Positions 58,154-64,000 of a DNA stretch of 64,000 bases are shown piece by piece. The translations under genes were made by a program, and so were the position numbers. Source of the DNA: Oligoflexia bacterium (lineage in GTDB: Bacteria > Bdellovibrionota > UBA1018); NCBI GenBank assembly GCA_963758495.1, contig CAVWVI010000003.1, positions 1,536,001 to 1,600,000 of the forward strand. The letters are read 5' to 3'. Position 1 is the stretch's first letter; each line of letters begins with the position of its first letter. The notes beneath the pieces are model-generated. The model was not told where the DNA came from. It saw only the letters and a program-made list of their open reading frames with translations, and searched no databases.

Positions 58154-60523
58154 ATGAGCCGAATCAGAAAAAATGACGACCCTATTCAAACTCTGCCCAT
58201 CTTACCTCTAAAAAGTTTCGTCCTCTTTCCTCAGCTTTTTGTCCCCCTTTCAGCTGGACGTTCTGGCTCACGAGCTGCTATTGAAGCCGCTCTGCGCAGT
58301 GAAGAAAAAACAATTGCGTTATTCACTCAAAAGGACCTAAAAATTGAACAGCCTCAGGATGGAGATATTTATGTAGTAGGCACCTTAGCAATCATAAAGA
58401 AAGTCACTCAGACAACAGAAGAAAATGTAAATCTAATCGTTCAGGGCGTCGAAAGGGTGGTGTTATTAAGACTTGAGCAGATGCAACCTTATTTAGTGGG
58501 TCGCATCCGGGGCTATCCAATTGAAAAAGAGGGCGCTCGCACAGAGATTGAAGCGCTTCGGCGTGCAGTTCTTGATCTTGCTACTCGAATTTTTCATTTG
58601 AGTCAGCCTCATACCTCATTGAACATTACAGAAATAGCAGATCAGGCAGGAAGTCCTTTGCACTTAGCTTATCTCCTCGCTTCAATGCTCAGTCTTGATA
58701 CGCAAAATGAACAAAATATATTGGAGGCCATGAGTACGACGGAAGCCCTTAGCTTGCTTTACAAATATATGAACCAAGAGGCCCAAGTTTTAGAATTACG
58801 TCAAAAAATAGCAACTCAAGCACAATCCGAAATGAATCGACAACAGCGGGAATACCTACTTCGACAACAACTTCGTGCTATTCAGGAAGAATTGGGCGAA
58901 GGTAATCCAGAAAAGGTCGAAATCGAAGAATTACGCAAAAAAATTTCTGAAGTGAATCTACCCGAAGAAGTTAAAAAAGAGGCAGAACGAGAATTACATC
59001 GCTTAGAACACTTGTCTCTCGCTGCTCCTGATTATCAAATTATACGAACGTATCTAGACTTTTTGCTCGATTTACCTTGGACTAAAAGTACAAATGATTT
59101 TATTGATTTGGCAATTGCTAGACGAGTACTGGATGAGGATCACTTTGATTTACAGGATATTAAAAATCGAATTCTAGAGCATTTAGCTGTACTCAAACTC
59201 AATCCTAAAGCAAAAGCTCCTATCATTTGCTTGGTGGGTCCCCCAGGAGTAGGTAAGACTTCGTTAGGACAGTCTATCGCTCGAGCCTTAGGTAGGGAAT
59301 TTGGTCGAATGAGTTTGGGTGGTTTACATGATGAGTCAGAACTCCGAGGACATCGCCGAACTTACATTGGAGCCATGCCAGGCCGGATACTCCAGGCAAT
59401 TCGACGCGCTGGAGTGAATAATCCACTCCTGATGTTTGATGAAGTGGATAAAATAGGGCGAGACTTTCGCGGAGACCCAGCCTCAGCGCTCTTAGAGATT
59501 TTAGATCCTGCTCAAAATTATGGATTTCGAGACAATTATCTAGATTTACCATTTGATCTATCTCGAATTTTTTTTATTACAACCGCCAATACACTAGATA
59601 CTGTTCCCGGCCCTCTTTTAGATAGAATGGAAACGTTAAGATTATCGGGGTACACTGAAGAAGAAAAATTCCAAATTGCTCGCCGATATTTGATTCCACG
59701 GAGACTTTCCGAGACGGGGTTAAAAGCAAGTGAACTTTTCATTCCTGATGAATCCCTCTTTTCAATCATTCGTAACTATACACGAGAAGCCGGCGTACGA
59801 GACCTTGAGAGAACTATTGGCAGAATAGCAAGCAAAGTGGCTCTTCAATTCGCAGAAGGAAAGTCTCAGGCTGTCAATTTGAAACCAGCAGATTTATCGG
59901 CCTTATTGGGATCTGAAAGATTTCGAACTGAAAAGGCGAGACAAGAGCTGCCTCCCGGAGTTGCTGTAGGATTGGCATGGACTCCGACTGGAGGAGAGGT
60001 TCTTTACGTGGAGTCAAGTCTCATTCCCAGGAGCGACGAACTCCGATTAACGGGTCAACTGGGTGATGTGATGCGGGAGTCAGCAAAAGCCGCACAAACC
60101 TATCTTATAGCTCATGCGGAAGAGTTCGGAATTGATCCGTCCATTTTTATAAATACTGGAGTTCATATTCACGTACCGTCAGGTGCAATTCCTAAAGATG
60201 GCCCATCTGCAGGTACTGCTATGATTGCATCTATGGCTTCAACTTTTATTAAAGTGCCTTGCCGAAATGATACGGCAATGACAGGAGAGATTACTCTGAG
60301 TGGGCTCGTTCTTCCAGTAGGAGGAGTGAAGGAAAAAGTACTCGCAGCGAGACGTGCAGGTATCCGTCGTATTATTTTACCTCGAGATAATGAAAAAGAT
60401 TTACAGGAACTCACAAAACAAGTTCAAGATGAGATCGAATTTATTTTAGTAGATAGAATTGAAAATGTTCTAACTGCTATCTTACCTGATTTGAAACTGC
60501 CTCTTCGTGCGATTGTTGCCTAA
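58154..60523 (+). CDS. lon: ATP-dependent protease La
   Basis: GPPGVGKTS, GHRRTYIGAMPG, DEVDK, REAGVR, PKDGPSAG, GGVKEK. Confidence 0.98.
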   Translation: MSRIRKNDDPIQTLPILPLKSFVLFPQLFVPLSAGRSGSRAAIEAALRSEEKTIALFTQKDLKIEQPQDGDIYVVGTLAIIKKVTQTTEENVNLIVQGVERVVLLRLEQMQPYLVGRIRGYPIEKEGARTEIEALRRAVLDLATRIFHLSQPHTSLNITEIADQAGSPLHLAYLLASMLSLDTQNEQNILEAMSTTEALSLLYKYMNQEAQVLELRQKIATQAQSEMNRQQREYLLRQQLRAIQEELGEGNPEKVEIEELRKKISEVNLPEEVKKEAERELHRLEHLSLAAPDYQIIRTYLDFLLDLPWTKSTNDFIDLAIARRVLDEDHFDLQDIKNRILEHLAVLKLNPKAKAPIICLVGPPGVGKTSLGQSIARALGREFGRMSLGGLHDESELRGHRRTYIGAMPGRILQAIRRAGVNNPLLMFDEVDKIGRDFRGDPASALLEILDPAQNYGFRDNYLDLPFDLSRIFFITTANTLDTVPGPLLDRMETLRLSGYTEEEKFQIARRYLIPRRLSETGLKASELFIPDESLFSIIRNYTREAGVRDLERTIGRIASKVALQFAEGKSQAVNLKPADLSALLGSERFRTEKARQELPPGVAVGLAWTPTGGEVLYVESSLIPRSDELRLTGQLGDVMRESAKAAQTYLIAHAEEFGIDPSIFINTGVHIHVPSGAIPKDGPSAGTAMIASMASTFIKVPCRNDTAMTGEITLSGLVLPVGGVKEKVLAARRAGIRRIILPRDNEKDLQELTKQVQDEIEFILVDRIENVLTAILPDLKLPLRAIVA

Positions 60524-60534
60524 TTTCTTAGTTT

Positions 60535-61047
60535 CTAATCTCGCAGATAATGGCAAGTATATCCATCTGGGTTCTTTTGGAGATACTTCTGATGATACTC
60601 TTCAGCCGGATAAAACGGTGATGCTGGTATAATCTGAGTGACGATGGGGGCCTTCCATTTTCCTGATTGCTCAATGATTTCTTTGACTCTTAACGCAGTC
60701 TGTCTTTGTATTTCTGAATGGTAAAAGATCGCCGAACGATATTGACTGCCAGTGTCGTTTCCCTGTCGATTTTTGGTAGTTGGATCATGAAGCCGAAAAA
60801 AATACTTGAGAAGATCCTCGTAACTCAATGTTTGGGGATCAAAAATAATCTGGATTCCTTCTACATGGCCCGTATTCCCTTGCTTGACTCGATTATAGTT
60901 TGGATTTTCTAAGGACCCACCCGTATAGCCTACGGTGGTCTCCACGACTCCCTTGAGTTGTCTTAAAATCTCTTCCACTCCCCAAAAGCATCCTCCAGCC
61001 AGAGTAGCGGTTTCGTATTGAGGCGTAGACTCTTTAGAATTTTTCAT
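60535..61047 (-). CDS. msrA: Peptide-methionine (S)-sulfoxide reductase
   Basis: GGCFWG, GYTGG, GHVE, DPT..NRQGND.G.QYRS, AEEYHQKY. Confidence 0.97.
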   Translation of the reverse strand: MKNSKESTPQYETATLAGGCFWGVEEILRQLKGVVETTVGYTGGSLENPNYNRVKQGNTGHVEGIQIIFDPQTLSYEDLLKYFFRLHDPTTKNRQGNDTGSQYRSAIFYHSEIQRQTALRVKEIIEQSGKWKAPIVTQIIPASPFYPAEEYHQKYLQKNPDGYTCHYLRD

Positions 61048-61124
61048 GATTCCCCCTTTCTGAGTTTCAGATTCTCAAAGAACAGATTATATGTTCTTTG
61101 CACTGTGAAAAGGAAATACAAATT

Positions 61125-62354
61125 ATGTCCTTAATTCGTCCGTTTCGGGCTCTGCGACCAGTCAAAGAAAAAGTTTCTCTCGTGGCTGCGGTGCCGTACG
61201 ATGTGGTCAATCAAAAAGAAGCTTTACTGATTGCAAAAGATAATCCCTATAGCTTTTTACATGTTTCACGTCCTGATATTGATCTTCCTGCGACTACTGA
61301 TCCTTATTCATCAGAAGTTTACGAACGCGGAGCGAAAAACTTCAAGTGGCTCACACATGAGTGCCCGCTTTTGCGAGAAGAAGAGCCGTCTCTTTACGTA
61401 TATCAATTAACCATGGGGCAACATGAACAAACCGGTATTGCAGGATGCTTTTCGTTGGATGAATATGACTCAAATTTAATTAAAAAACACGAACTCACTC
61501 GGCAAGTCAAGGAAGAGGATCGAACCCGTCATATATTAAAGTTGTCGGCACAAACAGGTCCGGCATTTTTAGCTTACCGAAGAGTGGTAGAAATTGATCG
61601 CGAAGTAGATAAAATTAAGACCCATTCTCCTATTTATCATTTTACAACGTCTGACGGCATCACTCACACTCTCTGGAAAATTTCTGATCCCACAGTTTTT
61701 GTGAAGTTATTTGATGCACGAATCTCTGCTCTCTATATAGCGGACGGGCACCATCGAGCAGCTGCTGCAAGTCGAGTGAGAAAGACTCTTGCCACACAGA
61801 ACCCAAATCATTCAGGAAGTGAAGACTATAACTTTGTGTTCGCCGTTGCATTTCCGGATAATCAGTTAAACGTTCTTCCGTACCATCGAGTCATTAAAGA
61901 CCTAAAGGGAATGACCCCCTCTCAGTTCTTAGAAAAAGTTCAGAGTTTATTTGAAATCCAATCTGGAAGCGCATCCTTGCCCCAGTCGGGCGAATTTGGA
62001 ATGTATTTAGTGGGGAATTGGTATCGGATTCACTCAAATGTTCAAAAAATAAAGGGTCAAACAAAAGGACAATTGGATGTCAGTATCCTCCAAGAAGCAC
62101 TTCTCAAACCCATATTGGGAATTTTAGATCCAAGAACAGATCCGCGGATTGACTTTGTGGGTGGTATTCGAGGGACGTCGGAACTGGAGAAAATGATTAA
62201 CTCTGGGGAAGGCGCCGTAGCCTTTTCAGTTCATCCTACGAAAATACAAGATGTCATGGAAGTTTCCGATGCAGGTGGCATCATGCCTCCTAAGTCAACG
62301 TGGTTTGAACCCAAGCTTCGCGATGGAATTCTTTCTCATCTTTTAATGCGGTGA
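61125..62354 (+). CDS. DUF1015-family protein (ParB/Srx-like fold; start probably ATG 61125)
   Basis: IRPFRALRP, PYDV, IKKHELT, YIADGHHR, MPPKSTWFEPKLRDG. Confidence 0.9.
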   Translation: MSLIRPFRALRPVKEKVSLVAAVPYDVVNQKEALLIAKDNPYSFLHVSRPDIDLPATTDPYSSEVYERGAKNFKWLTHECPLLREEEPSLYVYQLTMGQHEQTGIAGCFSLDEYDSNLIKKHELTRQVKEEDRTRHILKLSAQTGPAFLAYRRVVEIDREVDKIKTHSPIYHFTTSDGITHTLWKISDPTVFVKLFDARISALYIADGHHRAAAASRVRKTLATQNPNHSGSEDYNFVFAVAFPDNQLNVLPYHRVIKDLKGMTPSQFLEKVQSLFEIQSGSASLPQSGEFGMYLVGNWYRIHSNVQKIKGQTKGQLDVSILQEALLKPILGILDPRTDPRIDFVGGIRGTSELEKMINSGEGAVAFSVHPTKIQDVMEVSDAGGIMPPKSTWFEPKLRDGILSHLLMR

Positions 62355-62373
62355 AAGGCTGATAGGTGCGTTT

Positions 62374-62739
62374 ATGAAGCTGATTCGATACTTACTTGGA
62401 AACACTTTTCTTTTTCTAAATCGTCTATTCTCACCTCGAAGTATTCAAAGGCCCGATGAATACCAAGCTAAAGTGGATAGTCAAACTCAAAAAATGGCCT
62501 TGTACGAATTTGAAGCATGTCCTTTCTGTATTAAAGTTCGACGCGCAATAAAACAAATGAATTTAAAAATTGAAATACGAGATATTAAAAAAAGTATTCA
62601 ATTTGAAGAAGAGCTAATGAAAGGGGGAGGGATCTATCAGGTTCCCTGTCTTCGGATAGAAAATCCTGATGGATCAACCCAGTGGATGTACGAATCATCT
62701 GATATTATCCGATATTTACGAGAACGCTTTTCAGAGTAG
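62374..62739 (+). CDS. Glutaredoxin or GST-N-like protein
   Basis: CPFC, GG..QVPCLRI, MYESSDII.YL. Confidence 0.9.
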   Translation: MKLIRYLLGNTFLFLNRLFSPRSIQRPDEYQAKVDSQTQKMALYEFEACPFCIKVRRAIKQMNLKIEIRDIKKSIQFEEELMKGGGIYQVPCLRIENPDGSTQWMYESSDIIRYLRERFSE

Positions 62740-62803
62740 GATCAGGTTTTCAGAGTATAATAAAATAATAGTTGTTTCGCTTAGGTATCTAGGGAGCTTA
62801 CAG

Positions 62804-63493
62804 ATGAAGTATATTGTTATTTCTTGTTTTCTAGCATTGAGTGGGTCTCCAAACTTTGTTTTTGCAAGTCATTCTATTTGTAATGAATCTTCCATCAAAG
62901 ATGACATTTGCGAAGCTGAGATTGTAGATCTCCATCCTACACAAATGTCTGTAGGTATGATTGAGGTTCGAGAGAAAGAGTCTCGGTTAGAGCATGCGGA
63001 CTTGGGTCATTATAAAAAAACTCATCCCATCCCTACGGTGATTGGCCCTAAGGGAATCCTTTACATTATTGATCATCATCATTTAGCACGCGCGTATTTA
63101 GATTTACGAGTGAGTAGCGGCTACTGTCAAATTTATGCAAACTATTCTAATCTGACTGACGGTGATTTTTGGAACCAAATGGAACAAAATCATTGGGTAT
63201 ATCCCTATGATCAAGATGGAAAAGGACCGTTTCCTATCTCTAGCCTCCCAGTGACAGTAAGCGCACTCCAAAATGATCCTTACCGAAGCCTGGCGGGAGC
63301 AGTAAGGGATCAGGGAGCATATGATAAAACGAATACCCCCTTTTCTGAATTTAAGTGGGCAGACTTTTTTAGAACTCACATTCAACTTACTTCTTCTGAA
63401 ACTTCTTTGACTGAAGCAGTGATTGACGAAGCTAAAAAACTAGCACTGAGTCCCTTAGCGAAGGATCTTCCTGGGTATAAGGGAGTTCGATAG
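62804..63493 (+). CDS. ParB-like (ParBc_2-type) protein with a signal peptide (start probably ATG 62804)
   Basis: LHPTQMSVG..EV, YIIDHHH, DPYRSLAG, PFSEFKWADFFR, A..LPG; GGGAG RBS then MKYIVISCFLALS. Confidence 0.8.
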   Translation: MKYIVISCFLALSGSPNFVFASHSICNESSIKDDICEAEIVDLHPTQMSVGMIEVREKESRLEHADLGHYKKTHPIPTVIGPKGILYIIDHHHLARAYLDLRVSSGYCQIYANYSNLTDGDFWNQMEQNHWVYPYDQDGKGPFPISSLPVTVSALQNDPYRSLAGAVRDQGAYDKTNTPFSEFKWADFFRTHIQLTSSETSLTEAVIDEAKKLALSPLAKDLPGYKGVR

Positions 63494-63850
63494 GCGTGCC
63501 TTTCATGATCCATGTCCTATAGCGTGAGTTGGGGGCTAAATGCAACGGCCACTAACTTACAAGGGGATCCTCATTATTTAACAGGGGTCGCATTTCTTTT
63601 TGGATTAAAGAAATATTTATTTTAACACGGCAGTGCTTCACTTCTATTAAATTTTTATTTTCCTAAGAAGGTTAAAGCTGACACAGGGAGCGCAGACAGC
63701 TAGCTAACTCTTGAAAAAATCTTAGGTTTAATTTCAAGGGCATTGAAACTGCAAAAGCTGTAATCTAGAAAATGATTCCTTTAAGTAAAAATTATTTAAT
63801 GGTAAAATAATTAATATTATCATTAGGTAGATTTCATTAAGGAGAAGTCA

Positions 63851-64000
63851 ATGCATCCATGGCACGATGTTGAATTAGGGGGAGATGCACCACAGTTAAT
63901 TCCAGTAGTAATTGAGGTGCCAAAAGGTTCTAAGACTAAATATGAACTTGATAAAAAAAGTGGTCTCATTCGAGTAGATCGAGTTCTTTTTAGTTCAGTC
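63851..64000 (+). CDS. ppa: Family I inorganic pyrophosphatase, 5' part (runs off the window)
   Basis: Hand translation [59 protein letters not shown]. Confidence 0.92.
   Translation, partial: MHPWHDVELGGDAPQLIPVVIEVPKGSKTKYELDKKSGLIRVDRVLFSSV

Noticed and set aside
62669..62803. Longer N-terminus of the ParB-like ORF
   Set aside because: It overlaps the glutaredoxin gene; the RBS and signal peptide point to ATG 62804.

Overview
Bacterial DNA from a Gram-negative organism (TonB, TonB-dependent receptors, porins, TolC-like protein); the gene content suggests Bdellovibrionota/Oligoflexia or a deltaproteobacterium (inference only). No rRNA, tRNA or CRISPR array was seen. (1) About 0-17 kb is a signalling island that looks more GC-rich by eye: a possible IS66 TnpA-like HTH, two paralogous CheB-CheR-PAS-histidine kinase-receiver hybrids flanking a hipBA module with three perfect HipB operators, and a 2012-aa Ser/Thr kinase-STAND ATPase-GAF-Hpt-CheA-type kinase fusion with no CheW domain. 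(2) About 17-28 kb holds envelope proteins, TonB plus a receptor, an OmpR-type two-component system and two candidate sigma-54 promoters. (3) About 28-48 kb is an expanded K+/cation-homeostasis locus: a CPA1 antiporter with a cNMP-binding-fold tail, an orphan second KdpA with altered pore and filter residues, two secreted proteins built of a 29-aa two-Cys repeat, a TonB-dependent receptor, two tandem porins, kdpFABC with two small peptides missing from the ORF track, and a split KdpD, sensor kinase and NtrC-type activator with a matching sigma-54 promoter. (4) About 48-64 kb is mostly housekeeping and stress genes (YheU, CBS, ABC-F, PRTase, TolC-like, YciH, hydrolases, Lon, MsrA, DUF1015, glutaredoxin, ParBc_2, ppa) plus an unannotated Thr/Ser dehydratase remnant. 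The best candidates for undescribed biology are the Kdp locus with its divergent orphan KdpA and Cys-repeat pair, and the receptor-less Che-like signalling island. All calls come from motif reading by eye; no searches were run.
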